From Eledone cirrhosa (lineage: Eukaryota): a stretch of 64,000 nt of DNA. The position numbers and the translations under genes were made by a program. The notes under the pieces were generated by a model that was given only the letters and a program-made list of their open reading frames with translations, did no database searches and had not been told where the DNA came from. How positions within the stretch are numbered: the stretch's first letter is position 1; every line of letters starts with the position of its first letter. Positions 29,597 through 44,165 of the stretch are shown in pieces. The stretch lies in the NCBI GenBank assembly GCA_964016885.1, contig OZ024741.1, forward strand, positions 60,574,001-60,638,000, in the 5' to 3' direction.

Positions 29597-30025
29597 CAGG
29601 TACACATACATATGTGTACGTATCAGTTTAGCGGACGTTTATTATAACGCCCGCTTTGTCCGTTTGTAAACAAACTAACAGCCTGAAGTTATGCCATACG
29701 GTGTTAAGGCAACCACGTCACCTTTTTGTTCAACACTGACACAGGAACGATGTACTAGTTTCAAGCTTCTTAGCTATCATCAGAACCGTATACCCTTCCA
29801 TCAGCCTGGTTGAACTTTGAAAAGTATATAATTTCCTTATGAAAATTAACGGCTGAGCAGCCTAATTTGCATATCGAGTGAGTTCAGTCGGCCAGGCGTA
29901 CCGAAAACGATAAGTTGAAATAAAATAAAAACGAAATTCGTTTCTCACTCTTAGTCCGGCACTTACTTAAATGTAAGTATGTATGTATACGTACATACAT
30001 ATATGTATACAGACGTACAGTAGCA

Positions 30026-30099
<74 letters not shown>

Positions 30100-30998
30100 C
30101 ATACAGGTACACATACATATATGTACGTATCAGTTTAGCGGACGTTTATTATAACGTCCGCTTTGTCCGTTTGTAAACAAACTGACAGCCTGAATTTATG
30201 CCGTACGGTGTTAAGGCGACCACGTTACCTTTTTGTACAACACTGACACAGGAATGATGTACTAGTTTCAAGCTTCTTAGCTATCATCAGCACCGTATAC
30301 GCTTCTATCAGCCTGGTTGAACTTTGGAAAGTATATGCTTTCCTTATGAAAATTAACGGCTGAGCAGCCTAATTTGCATATTGAGTGAGTTCAGTCGGCC
30401 AGGCGCACCGAAAACGATAAGTTGTAATAAAATGAAAACGAAATTTCATTTCTCACTCTTAGTACGGCACTTACTTAAATGTAAGTATGCATGTCTACGT
30501 ACATACATATATGTATACAGACGTACAGTAGCATGCATATATATATATATATATATATACATATACATACAGGTACACATACATATATGTACGTATCAGT
30601 TTAGCGGACGTTTATTATAACGCCCGCTTTGTCCGTTTGTAAACAAACTGAGAGCCTGAATTTATGCCGTACGGTGTTAAGGCAACCACGTCACCTTTTT
30701 GTTCAACACTGACACAGGAACGATGTACTAGTTTCAACCTTCTTAGCTATCATCAGCACCGTATACGCTTCTGCCAGATGGTTGAACGTTCGAAAGTATA
30801 TACTTTCATTATGAAAATTAACGGCTGAGCAGCCTAATTTGCATATCGAGTGAGTTCAGTCGGCCAGGCGCACCGAAAACGATAAGTTGTAATAAAATGA
30901 AAACGAAATTTCATTGCTCACTCTTAGTACGGCACTTACTTAAATGTAAGTATGTATGTATACGTACATACATATATGTATACAGATGTACAGTGGCA

Positions 30999-31088
<90 letters not shown>

Positions 31089-31525
31089 CATACAGGTACA
31101 CATACATATATGTACGTATCAGTTTAGCGGACGTTTATTATAACGTCCGCTTTGTCCGTTTGTAAACAAACTGACAGCCTGAATTTATGCCGTACGGTGT
31201 TAAGGCGACCACGTTACCTTTTTGTACAACACTGACACAGGAATGATGTACTAGTTTCAAGCTTCTTAGCTATCATCAGCACCGTATACGCTTCTATCAG
31301 CCTGGTTGAACTTTGGAAAGTATATGCTTTCCTTATGAAAATTAACGGCTGAGCAGCCTAATTTGCATATTGAGTGAGTTCAGTCGGCCAGGCTCACCGA
31401 AAACGATAAGTTGTAATAAAATGAAAACGAAATTTCATTTCTCACTCTTAGTACGGCACTTACTTAAATGTAAGTATGCATGTCTACGTACATACATATA
31501 TGTATACAGACGTACAGTAGCATGC

Positions 31526-31556
<31 letters not shown>

Positions 31557-31977
31557 CATACAGGTACACATACATATATGTACGTATCAGTTTAGCGGAC
31601 GTTTATTATAACGCCCGCTTTGTCCGTTTGTAAACAAACTGAGAGCCTGAATTTATGCTGTACGGTGTTAAGGCAACCACGTCACCTTTTTGTTCAACAC
31701 TGACACAGGAACGATGTACTAGTTTCAACCTTCTTAGCTATCATCAGCACCGTATACCCTTCGGCAAGATGGTTGAACGCTAGAAAGTATATACTTTCCT
31801 CATGAAAATTAACGGCTGAGCAGCCTAATTTGCATATCGAGTGAGTTCAGTCGGCCAGGCGCACCGAAAACGATAAGTTGTAATAAAATGAAAACGAAAT
31901 TTCATTTCTTACTCTTAGTACGGCATTTACTTAAATGTAAGTATGAATGTCTACGTACATACAGACGTACAGTAGCA

Positions 31978-32055
<78 letters not shown>

Positions 32056-32484
32056 CAGGTACACATACATATGTGTACGTATCAGTTTAGCGGACGTTTA
32101 TTATAACGCCCGCTTTGTCCGTTTGTAAACAAACTAACAGCCTGAAGTTATGCCATACGGTGTTAAGGCAACCACGTCACCTTTTTGTTCAACACTGACA
32201 CAGGAACGATGTACTAGTTTCAAGCTTCTTAGCTATCATCAGAACCGTATACCCTTCCATCAGCCTGGTTGAACTTTGAAAAGTATATAATTTCCTTATG
32301 AAAATTAACGGCTGAGCAGCCTAATTTGCATATCGAGTGAGTTCAGTCGGCCAGGCGTACCGAAAACGATAAGTTGAAATAAAATAAAAACGAAATTCGT
32401 TTCTCACTCTTAGTCCGGCACTTACTTAAATGTAAGTATGTATGTATACGTACATACATATATGTATACAGACGTACAGTAGCA

Positions 32485-32558
<74 letters not shown>

Positions 32559-33456
32559 CATACAGGTACACATACATATATGTACGTATCAGTTTAGCGG
32601 ACGTTTATTATAACGTCCGCTTTGTCCGTTTGTAAACAAACTGACAGCCTGAATTTATGCCGTACGGTGTTAAGGCGACCACGTTACCTTTTTGTACAAC
32701 ACTGACACAGGAATGATGTACTAGTTTCAAGCTTCTTAGCTATCATCAGCACTGTATACGCTTCTATCAGCCTGGTTGAACTTTGGAAAGTATATGCTTT
32801 CCTTATGAAAATTAACGGCTGAGCAGCCTAATTTGCATATTGAGTGAGTTCAGTCGGCCAGGCGCACCGAAAACGATAAGTTGTAATAAAATGAAAACGA
32901 AATTTCATTTCTCACTCTTAGTACGGCACTTACTTAAATGTAAGTATGCATGTCTACGTACATACATATATGTATACAGACGTACAGTAGCATGCATATA
33001 TATATATATATATATATACATATACATACAGGTACACATACATATATGTACGTATCAGTTTAGCGGACGTTTATTATAACGCCCGCTTTATCCGTTTGTA
33101 AACAAACTGAGAGACTTAATTTATGCCGTACGGTGTTAAGGCAACCACGTCACCTTTTTGTTCAACACTGACACAGGAACGATGTACTAGTTTCAACCTT
33201 CTTAGCTATCATCAGCACCGTATACCCTTCTGCCAGATGGTTGAACGTTCGAAAGTATATACTTTCCTTATGAAAATTAACGGCTGAGCAGCCTAATTTG
33301 CATATCGAGTGAGTTCAGTCGGCCAGGCGTACCGAAAACGATAAGTTGTAATAAAATAAAAACGAAATTCATTTCTCACTCTTAGTCCGGCACTTACTTA
33401 AATGTAAGTATGTATGTATACGTACATACATATATGTATACAGACGTACAGTAGCA

Positions 33457-33494
<38 letters not shown>

Positions 33495-33927
33495 CATACA
33501 GGTACACATACATATATGTACGTATCAGTTTAGCGGACGTTTATTATAACGCCCGCTTTGTCCGTTTGTAAACAAACTGACAGCCTGAATTTATGCCGTA
33601 CGGTGTTAAGGCGACCACGTTACCTTTTTGTTCAACACTGACACAGGAACGATGTACTAGTTTCAAGCTTCTTAGCTATCATCAGCACCGTATACCCTTC
33701 TGCAAGATGGTTGAACGCTAGAAAGTATATACTTTCCTCATGAAAATTAACGGCTGAGCAGCCTAATTTGCATATCGAGTGAGTTCAGTCGGCCAGGCGC
33801 ACCGAAAACGATAAGTTGTAATAAAATGAAAACGAAATTTCATTTCTCACCCTTAGTACGGCACTTACTTAAATGTAAGTATGTATGTATACGTACATAC
33901 ATATATGTATACAGACGTACAGAAGCA

Positions 33928-34051
<124 letters not shown>

Positions 34052-34484
34052 CATACAGGTACACATACATATGTGTACGTATCAGTTTAGCGGACGTTTA
34101 TTATAACGCCCGCATTGTCCGTTTGTAAACAAACTAACAGCCTGAAGTTATGCCGTACGGTGTTAAGGCAACCACGTCACCTTTTTGTTCAACACTGACA
34201 CAGGAACGATGTACTAGTTTCAAGCTTCTTAGCTATCATCAGAACCGTATACCCTTCTATCAGCCTGGTTGAACTTTGAAAAGTATATAATTTCCTTATG
34301 AAAATTAACGGCTGAGCAGCCTAATTTGCATATCGAGTGAGTTCAGTCGGCCAGGCGTACCGAAAACGATAAGTTGTAATAAAATAAAAACGAAATTCGT
34401 TTCTCACTCTTAGGCCGGCACTTACTTAAATGTAAGTATGTATGTATACGTACATACATATATGTATACAGACGTACAGTAGCA

Positions 34485-34560
<76 letters not shown>

Positions 34561-35457
34561 CATACAGGTACACATACATATATGTACGTATCAGTTTAGC
34601 GGACGTTTATTATAACGCCCGCTTTGTCCGTTTGTAAACAAACTGACAGCCTGAATTTATGCCGTACGGTGTTAAGGCGACCACGTTACCTTTTTGTTCA
34701 ACACTGACACAGGAATGTTGTACTAGTTTCAAGCTTCTTAGATATCATCAGCACCGTATACGCTTCTATCAGCCATTTAAACTTTGGAAAGTATATGCTT
34801 TCCTTATGAAAATTAACGGCTGAGCAGCCTAATTTGCATATCGAGTGAGTTCAGTCGGCCAGGCGTACCGAAAACGATAAGTTGTAATAAAATAAAAACG
34901 AAATTCATTTCTCACTCTTAGTCCGGCACTTACTTAAATGTAAGTATGTATGTATACGTACATACATATATGTATACAGACGTACAGTAGCATGCATATA
35001 TATATATATATATATATACATATACATACAGGTACACATACATATATGTACGTATCAGTTTAGCGGACGTTTATTATAACGCCCGCTTTGTCCGTTTGTA
35101 AACAAACTGACAGCCTGAATTTATGCCGTACGGTGTTAAGGCGACCACGTTACCTTTTTGTTCAACACTGACACAGGAACGATGTACTAGTTTCAAGCTT
35201 CTTAGCTATCATCAGCACCGTATACCCTTCTGCAAGATGGTTGAACGCTAGAAAGTATATACTTTCCTCATGAAAATTAACGGCTGAGCAGCCTAATTTG
35301 CATATCGAGTGAGTTCAGTCGGCCAGGCGCACCGAAAACGATAAGTTGTAATAAAATGAAAACGAAATTTCATTTCTCACCCTTAGTACGGCACTTACTT
35401 AAATGTAAGTATGTATGTATACGTACATACATATATGTATACAGACGTACAGAAGCA

Positions 35458-35569
<112 letters not shown>

Positions 35570-35997
35570 CAGGTACACATACATATATGTACGTATCAGT
35601 TTAGCGGACGTTTATTATAACGCCCGCTTTGTCCGTTTGTAAACAAACTGAGAGATTGAATTTATGCCGTACGGTTTTAAGGCAACCACGCCACCTTTTT
35701 GTTCAACACTGACACAGGAACGATGTACTAGTTTCAACCTTCTTAGCTATCATCAGCACCGTATACCCTTCTGCCAGATGGTTGAACGTTCGAAAGTATA
35801 TACTTTCCTTATGAAAATTAACGGCTGAGCAGCCTAATTTGCATATCGAGTGAGTTCAGTCGGCCAGGCGCACCGAAAACGATAAGTTGTAATAAAATAA
35901 AAACGAAATTCATTTCTCACTCTTAGTCCGGCACTTACTTAAATGTAAGTATGTATGTATACGTACATACATATATGTATACAGACGTACAGTAGCA

Positions 35998-36083
<86 letters not shown>

Positions 36084-36517
36084 CATACAGGTACACATAC
36101 ATATATGTACGTATCAGTTTAGCGGACGTTTATTATAACGTCCGCTTTGTCCGTTTGTAAACAAACTGACAGCCTGAATTTATGCCGTACGGTGTTAAGG
36201 CGACCACGTTACCTTTTTGTTCAACACTGACACAGGAATGATGTACTAGTTTCAAGCTTCTTAGCTATCATCAGCACCGTATACGCTTCTATCAGCCTGG
36301 TTGAACTTTGGAAAGTATATGCTTTCCTTATGAAAATTAACGGCTGAGCAGCCTAATTTGCATATTGAGTGAGTTCAGTCGGCCAGGCGCACCGAAAACG
36401 ATAAGTTGTAATAAAATGAAAACGAAATTTCATTTCTCACTCTTAGTACGGCACTTACTTAAATGTAAGTATGCATGTCTACGTACATACATATATGTAT
36501 ACAGACGTACAGTAGCA

Positions 36518-36603
<86 letters not shown>

Positions 36604-37057
36604 AATATATATATATATATACATACAGGTACACATACATATATGTACGTATCAGTTTAGCGGACGTTTATTATAACGCCCGCTTTGTCCGTTTGTAAAC
36701 AAACTGACAGCCTGAATTTATGCCGTACGGTGTTAAGGCAACCACGTCACCTTTTTGTTCAACACTGACACAGGAACGATGTACTAGTTTCAAGCTTCTT
36801 AGCTATCATCAGCACCGTATACCATTCTGCCAGATGGTTGAACGTTCGAAAGTATATACTTTCCTTATGAAAATTAACGGCTGAGCAGCCTAATTTGCAT
36901 ATCGAGTGAGTTCAGTCGGCTAGGCGCACCGAAAACGATAAGTGGTAATAAAATGAAAACGAAATTTCATTTCTCACTCTTAGACCAGCACTTACTTAAA
37001 TATAAGTATGTATGTATACGTACATACATATGTGTATACAGACGTACAGTAGCATGC

Positions 37058-37152
<95 letters not shown>

Positions 37153-37588
37153 CAGGTACACATACATATATGTACGTATCAGTTTAGCGGACGTTTATTA
37201 TAACGCCCGCTTTGTCCGTTTGTAAACAAACTGACAGCCTGAATGTATGCCGTATGGTGTTAAGGCAACCACGTCACCTTTTTGTTCAACACTGACACAG
37301 GAACGATGTACTAGTTTCAAGCTTCTTAGCTGTCATCAGCACCGTATACGCTTCTATCAGCCTGGTTGAACTTTGGAAATTATATACTTTCCTTATGAAA
37401 ATTAACGGCTGAGCAGCCTAATTTGCATATCGAGTGAGTTCAGTCGGCCAGGCGCACCGAAAACGATAAGTTGTAATAAAATGAAAACGAAATTTCATTT
37501 CTCACTCTTAGTACGGCACTTACTTAAATGTAAGTATGTATGTATACGTACATACATATATGTATACAGACGTACAGTAGCATGCATA

Positions 37589-37676
<88 letters not shown>

Positions 37677-38058
37677 CAGGTACACATACATATATGTACG
37701 TATCAGTTTAGCGGACGTTTATTATAACGCCCGCTTTGTCCGTATGTAAACAAACTGACAGCCTGAATTTATGCCGTACGCTGTTTAGGCAAACACGTCA
37801 CCTTTTTATTCAACACTGACACAGGAACGATGTACCAGTTTCAAGCTTCTTAGCTATCATCAGCACCGTATACGCTTCTATCAGCCTGGTTGAACTTTGG
37901 AAAGTATATACTTTCCTTATGAAAATTAACGGCTGAGCAGCCTAATTTGCATATCGAGCGAGTTCAGTCGGCCAGGCGCACCGGAAACGATAAGTTGTAA
38001 TAAAATGAAAACGAAATTCATTTCTCACTCTTAGTCCGGCACTTACTTAAATGTAAGT

Positions 38059-40341
38059 ATGTATGTATACGTACTTATCCCGGCGGATAAGACTAAAAAC
38101 CTATACTCCATGGATTATAGTGCTTACCGCGACTTTATTTATAAGGAGCTGCATAGAAACTATAAAAAAACTACACTTGCGAATTTGAACCACATCAATA
38201 GTGATGGCCTTAGAATTGTCTCTGACCTCGGCCTCGATAAGTATACCCAGCCATATTACCCTCGAGAACCGAGATTCACTCTTAAGGATCATAAGGTTGA
38301 TTTTATTAGTAACCCCTCCGTTAGACTCATCTGTCCTTCTAAGTCTGATATAGCCATTATCAGTAAAAAAATCCTTGACCTTATTATACCAGATGTTAGG
38401 GATAAGGTTAATTTTAACCTATGGGGGAACACTAAGGAAGTTATAGATTGGTTCTCCGGGATTAATAGACTTGAATCTAATAAGTTTATCCAATTCGATA
38501 TTGATGCCTACTACACATCAATTTCACCCGTCCTCCTCAATAAAGCTCTAATGTTGGCAATGAGAGTGTCCAGCCTTACACGATCACAGGTAGATATTAT
38601 ACTAGCAGCCCGTAAAACTATTATTAAATTTGAGGATACATTTTGGACCCGTAAAAACACGCCCAACAATTTCGACGTTACAATGGGTTCGAGTGATTCG
38701 GCCCAGGTTACTGATCTTGTTGGGTTGTTCCTCCTTAATGAACTATATACTACCTTCCCGCACCTTATAGGCGGACTATATCGTGATGATGCATTGTTTG
38801 TAATTAACTCTAGCACCAACAATGTAGAACATAATAAGAAGAAGCTTTATAAGTTTTTTAAAAGCTATAACCTTTCGATCACGATAGATAGAAATGATAG
38901 AGCGGTTAACTTTTTAGATGTGACTTTGGACTTGGTCACTAATAGTTTTAAACCCTTCCATAAGCTTAATGAAATACTTTCTTATGTTAGTCCCAATTCT
39001 AACCACCCCAAGTCTATGATAAGCTCTATAATTAAGGGTGTATCTAATAGGATTTCCACACTCTCTAAGGACGTAGAAACATTTAATGAACATGCGGAGT
39101 ACTATAATAATGCCCTAGCAAATTCAGGTTACTCTAGTAAAATACACTATAATAATAGTAACCTTAGAAAGTCTCCGTCTACTTTTAATAATAATAATAT
39201 AATATCACATAACATGGCCATGAATGTGAGTAGCAAACATAGTAACCGTAAAAATTATATAGGTGTATCTGAACCCACCCATAAGTTAACCCACCGAACC
39301 CGCAATAGTGAATATAATACCTTTAGGAAACAAGTTGAACCCCCTGAGCGCTCACACATTGGGGATAATTTAGCTGGATCTTATTCTGATAATGTTGCTC
39401 CTACTGATCCTACTGGAGGTAGAAACTGTAATAGACTTAATGAAATTTTGGCTGATTCTAGGAATGCGGCTTTAACTAATCCTTGTAGTAACCCTAGTCT
39501 CGATGGCGGGATATTCGATAATGGTAGAGTCGGTAAGAATAAAAATAGAAGGCGATTAAACACTTATTTCAACCCGCCATATAATCAGGAAGTATCAACT
39601 AATATCCCTAGGTCTTTCTTCTCCATCTTAGAGAAAAATTTCCCCCCTTCTCATAAATACCATAGTATTTTTAATAAAAATGTTATTAAACTTTCATTCT
39701 CTACCACCCCTAATATTAGTTCTCATTTAGCTAGTACTAACAATAGGAACATTAGGGATGGATTCTCCTCTCTACATACTACTAGTCTGAACAGATCTGG
39801 CAATGCATTACCACCAGAACAGTCCTTATCTAATAGCAATCCTACGTGTAATGCATCACCACTTGAGTCAACCAATAATACCCGGAAGTGCAATTGTAGA
39901 GTGAGTGCTAACTGCCCTTTAAACGGTAACTGCCTTTCTAAGAACATTGTCTATGCTTGCGAAGTTATAACTAATTCCTCTAATAGAACTTATATAGGCT
40001 CTACATCTAACACTTTTAAGACTAGGTTTAACTCTCATATCTCTAATTTCAAGCATGTTAAGTTTAAGAATTCTACTTCTTTAGCACATTATGTCTGGGA
40101 TCTTAAGATAGCTAATATACCATATAGCCTTAACTGGCGTTTAGTAGCACGCTCTAACCACCTTTCTACACATACTAAGTTTTGTAATCTCTGTATCCTC
40201 GAGACACACTCTATAATCTTCTCTAGCGCATCTTTACTTAATAGAAAGTCTGAGATATTCTCTTCTTGCCCCCATGCTATTTCTAATTCATACTTTTATT
40301 ATAAACCTAAACGTTCTAGTAGTACAAATTGTACCCATTAG
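38059..40341 (+). CDS. PLE reverse transcriptase + C-terminal GIY-YIG endonuclease (760 aa ORF; first ~5 codons supplied by the satellite)
   Basis: RT motifs are IPADKT, KDHK...VRLICP, QFDIDAYY, TMGSSDSAQVTDL, GLYRDD and VNFLDVTL. Also present are SNHP, YFNPPY, CNCR...CPLNGNC, IVYACEV...TYIGST...FKTRFNSH (GIY-YIG) and CNLCILE...LLNRKSE. There are no internal stops. Confidence 0.93.
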   Translation: MYVYVLIPADKTKNLYSMDYSAYRDFIYKELHRNYKKTTLANLNHINSDGLRIVSDLGLDKYTQPYYPREPRFTLKDHKVDFISNPSVRLICPSKSDIAIISKKILDLIIPDVRDKVNFNLWGNTKEVIDWFSGINRLESNKFIQFDIDAYYTSISPVLLNKALMLAMRVSSLTRSQVDIILAARKTIIKFEDTFWTRKNTPNNFDVTMGSSDSAQVTDLVGLFLLNELYTTFPHLIGGLYRDDALFVINSSTNNVEHNKKKLYKFFKSYNLSITIDRNDRAVNFLDVTLDLVTNSFKPFHKLNEILSYVSPNSNHPKSMISSIIKGVSNRISTLSKDVETFNEHAEYYNNALANSGYSSKIHYNNSNLRKSPSTFNNNNIISHNMAMNVSSKHSNRKNYIGVSEPTHKLTHRTRNSEYNTFRKQVEPPERSHIGDNLAGSYSDNVAPTDPTGGRNCNRLNEILADSRNAALTNPCSNPSLDGGIFDNGRVGKNKNRRRLNTYFNPPYNQEVSTNIPRSFFSILEKNFPPSHKYHSIFNKNVIKLSFSTTPNISSHLASTNNRNIRDGFSSLHTTSLNRSGNALPPEQSLSNSNPTCNASPLESTNNTRKCNCRVSANCPLNGNCLSKNIVYACEVITNSSNRTYIGSTSNTFKTRFNSHISNFKHVKFKNSTSLAHYVWDLKIANIPYSLNWRLVARSNHLSTHTKFCNLCILETHSIIFSSASLLNRKSEIFSSCPHAISNSYFYYKPKRSSSTNCTH

Positions 40342-42309
40342 CTGATATATTCCATTATTTATTTTTTAGTTTAGGTCCTTTTGTTTGCCAACATTATTAT
40401 TATCATCATTATTATAATTGGTTTTTGATGACTCTTCATTCTAGATCTCATAATCTTTTGGCTACTGTACCACATCTATCTTCTTACGCATTAAATTTTC
40501 ACTGTTACACCTTATGAATGTATATAAGATTATATATTTCACGCTATTTATTTTATTTTATCCTTATTTTTATTTTTATCTTTATTCGGATTCTTCTTTG
40601 GAACCTCCCCCCCCCCCCTTGCGCACATAAACTTATTGTCAACCCCTCCAAATTGACTATGATTATATTATATTTAACCCCCCCCTCTTTTACACTCCTT
40701 TCTATTATGTAATATAGTATATCGACTATATTTTATGCCCCTTTGCATCCTCTATACATTTCTTCATTTCTGTCCCTATTAGCCTACCTTAATTCTGCTT
40801 AAGTCAGTTCTTTCGATATCGTTATGTATATGATAATAAACAATTTTCATTCCTTTTTGTAAACATTTGGAACGAAATATTAACGTTTATAAACTTTAAT
40901 GACTTAAACTATAGCCAATATTATACTGCCTTATTGGATAGTTTAAATATTTTTAATATTAATTTATCAAATAGGGTTTTCGAGTCATTTACAGGGGTTG
41001 TTTCCTTAGCATTTTCTTAACTACTTAACTGCATGTGAGACCTAAATGTAGACGTTTGTTTTTGTTTTTTAATTTCCGGTTGATTCTATTTATTAATATT
41101 ATTCTATACTTTGTAATACTACTGTGCATTATATTTACTATTTACTGTCTGGCACTCACTCATCCATGTACATGTCTGTCTACCAACCTTGTAATTATAA
41201 GTAATTATATATTATATTGTATTAATTTTATTTTATATAATATATCATATTATATTGTATTTTTTATTGTAATATTGATCCTTATTATTTACTGTTAATT
41301 ATATGTAACATTATGATATGTTAAACCTTATATATCTTGTAAGATGTTTGTACTTCTGTATCATCAAAATTTTTTTGAGGTATTGTACATTTTATTTTTC
41401 CTCACCTACTCTGTAACCCGGTATGAATTGACTTGTTAACTTGAGTACATTTAGAATGTTAGTATATTGTATATTGTAAATATTATTATTATATTATTAT
41501 TGTGACATCTATATTGTTTGTGTAAATTAACCGGAGATTATCTATTCTATTATATTGTATTATATAGTATATGATTGTATTATTCATTATTATATGTGCT
41601 ACTTATAATTATATCATATTATTACCTATGTACTACTTATAATTATATCATATTATTACCTCATGTATATTGGGTAGATGTATTAGTATTATTATTATTA
41701 TTATTTTCATTCCTATCATGCTTATTTTTATATTCAAATTCTTAATAAGGTTTAATTTGTGCAGTTGAGGATGGATGTGTGTATTGTTGTATGTGTATGT
41801 GTGTGTGTACGTGGGCGCACATATATATATATATGCATATTGTATCTTTTGATTTTTATTGTAATTTTAATGTTGGTAAATTAATATTATAGTATATTAT
41901 ATTGTATTATATATAATTCCTGCTCTATATAACCACCTTTGTTTAGCTCTACTTTTTGCTTTGGACTATATTTGTAATATGGTTCTTAGTGTTATATACA
42001 TCCTTAGTAATTTTTATCATATATTTTTATTATATATTTTTGTAATACTTCAGTGTATGTACACTCCATATACTTCGGAGCTTCCGGCTTGTATCTGCCG
42101 ATATTACTTCTTGTTGTTTTAATTGCCCTGGTGAGTCCTTAATAGGACGAAACATTGTCGGCTAATAAAGACTTTTGATGTATTGAAGGCTTCTTTGTTT
42201 TACTCTCTTAATTGTTCGGCTCTGTTTAACTACATTGAGCTATACCTTTTACTGTCATTTCTATAATACGAAGAGGGTGTTTAACTCTAACACACTCCAG
42301 TATTTTAAC

Positions 42310-42312
<3 letters not shown>
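38075..42312 (+). mobile_element. Penelope-like retroelement, 5'-truncated, with ~2 kb AT-rich 3' region ending at (TA)n
   Basis: RT + GIY-YIG ORF, with a hammerhead and AATAAA at about 42122-42169. The 3' end abuts the (TA)n of the interrupted satellite unit, and about 35 bp of the target unit is missing at the 5' junction. Confidence 0.93.
42122..42166 (+). ncRNA. Minimal type I hammerhead motif in PLE terminal region (core variant CUGGUGA)
   Basis: ATTGCC CTGGTGA GTCCT TAAT AGGAC GAAA CATT GTC GGCTAAT. Stem I is GCC/GGC, stem II is a perfect 5 bp and the triplet is GUC. Core position 6 is G instead of A. Confidence 0.75.
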
Positions 42313-42380
<68 letters not shown>

Positions 42381-42489
42381 CAGGTACACATACATATATG
42401 TACGTATCAGTTTAGCGGACGTTTATTATAACGCCCGCTTTGTCCGTTTGTAAACAAACTGACAGCCTGAATTTATGCCGTACGGTGTT
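42313..42489 (-). repeat. Terminal partial satellite unit (true right end of the array)
   Basis: (TA)n-CATACAGGTACAC...GCCGTACGGTGTT matches the array consensus, then unrelated sequence follows. Confidence 0.95.
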
Positions 42490-42659
42490 CAACCACTTGA
42501 ATTAGGGTAGTCACTGATATCTACGTTTTTATTAACAATAATTTAAAACATGTTTGACAATTTTACTAAACAGTAGATATGTATGATGAACTTTAACAAT
42601 TGGAGTAATCTTCTAAGTTTAATTTCTTTTAAATTTTTAATTATCAGTTCAAAGATAAT

Positions 42660-42844
42660 TGTTTCTACTTTAGGCACAAGGCCACCAATTACCCAGTGCA
42701 TTACTGGTACTTTATTTTATCGACCCCGTAAGGATGAAAGGCAAAGTCAACCTCGGCGGGATTTGAACTCAGATCGTAAAGGGACGTAACTATGCTGGAA
42801 AGCATGGCGTCCGACCCTCTACCGATACTGCCAATCCACCGCCC
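42660..42844 (-). mobile_element. tRNA-derived SINE (family A), full length, with 17-bp target-site duplication
   Basis: A/B-box-like head (GGATTGGCAGTATCGG; GAGTTCAAATCC) and TSD ATCAGTTCAAAGATAAT at 42643-42659 and 42845-42861. Several homologues lie in the window. Confidence 0.9.
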
Positions 42845-43229
42845 ATCAGTTCAAAGATAATGAATTATTACCAGTTAACAAACCCCCAATGTTTTTCACA
42901 TTAAATCAAAGTACATCACAGCCGAAATCATTCCTAATTCAAAATCATCAACATCTAAGCGTCGTTCCTTCATCATCAGTTTTGCTTAAGTTAAGAATTA
43001 AACATATTTGTGGCGGTCGTTTTCTTGTAATGATAAGAAGGAAATGATTACACAAATACAACTATATTTATACAGGCTAAGCACAATATAGATTAATATT
43101 TTATTTAACAATCAATTTCTTCAGTTCCAAAAATTGTTAATAGGAAACATTGCTCGAAAATATTGGATTGATATGGAGAGTGATTCTAGCGACTTATTGT
43201 ATTCTTGTGTATACATATATTAACAGTGA

Positions 43230-43545
43230 AGGTGCCTGGCTGTGTTAAGGAGTTCGGCCAAATATATTAATTTCAATTCCCAGAATGGTATGATGTGCCC
43301 TTCGGCAAAACATTTTATTTCATGTCGCATCAGTTCACGCAACTGGAAAAAATGAGTTGAACCTCTTATCCAAATGAATCAGCCTTGTCACGCACACATA
43401 ATCACGTACGGATCTTCATGAGAATTATTTTAAGGGTATGTGTGTCTATGGAACGCCCAGCCTTTTGTACATTAATTTCGTAAGCTGTCCCGTTGATCGA
43501 ATCAACTGAAAGCAATCATCGTCGTAAGCAACGGAGGTCCAATAT
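43230..43545 (+). mobile_element. Old diverged SINE (family B-like)
   Basis: Similar by eye to the copies at about 58750-58990, 60365-60620 and 61395-61537. Boundaries are approximate. Confidence 0.45.
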
Positions 43546-44014
43546 CTTAAGACATGTGATACGGCACATTGCCAACTGTGAAGTCATAGAACGTTATATT
43601 TTCTATGTCGCTGATATGTTATATGTATGATAATATATATTCCTCACCAAATAAATAAATACACAATAACCAGGACATATATAATTTCTCTGTTACTTTC
43701 AAAAGCTGAGAAATTAGGTAACTCACTAAAGGGACACCCTCCCGCTCTCCCTGCAGTGATTTAATAAGTTTGTATTATTTAATGAACATATTTCGCTATA
43801 AATATAGCAATAGACTAGAATTGTCTTGACGTATGTACATCGACAATATGTTATCAATGGCAACCGTATAGTTGAATTACGATGCAATAAGATATGACGT
43901 TAGAAATGTGGAAGAGACAGTCATAACTTAATTACGTTGTGCTATATTACATACAGAGACATACAATACAGAGAGTCAAAATTCCAATATATAATTGGGT
44001 GTAATTACTAGTTA

Positions 44015-44165
44015 GGCGGCAAAGTGCTAGAGTTGTTAAAACGTCCGATGGAATGCTTTGCAGTATTATTTCCTGCTCTCTCCTATCGGAGTTCAAATTC
44101 CACTGAGGCCAGCTTTGCCTTTTGTCCTTTCGAGGTCGTTAAATAAGTCAAATACTGAGGGTGAT
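44015..44165 (+). mobile_element. Diverged SINE family A relative
   Basis: GGAGTTCAAATTCCACTGAGGCCAGCTTTGCCTTTTGTCCTTTCGAGGTCG resembles the family A core. Confidence 0.6.

Noticed and set aside
38074-38091. Small hairpin CTTATCC-CGGC-GGATAAG at the PLE 5' junction
   Set aside because: It encodes the conserved LIPADK motif, so it is probably coincidental rather than an inversion.
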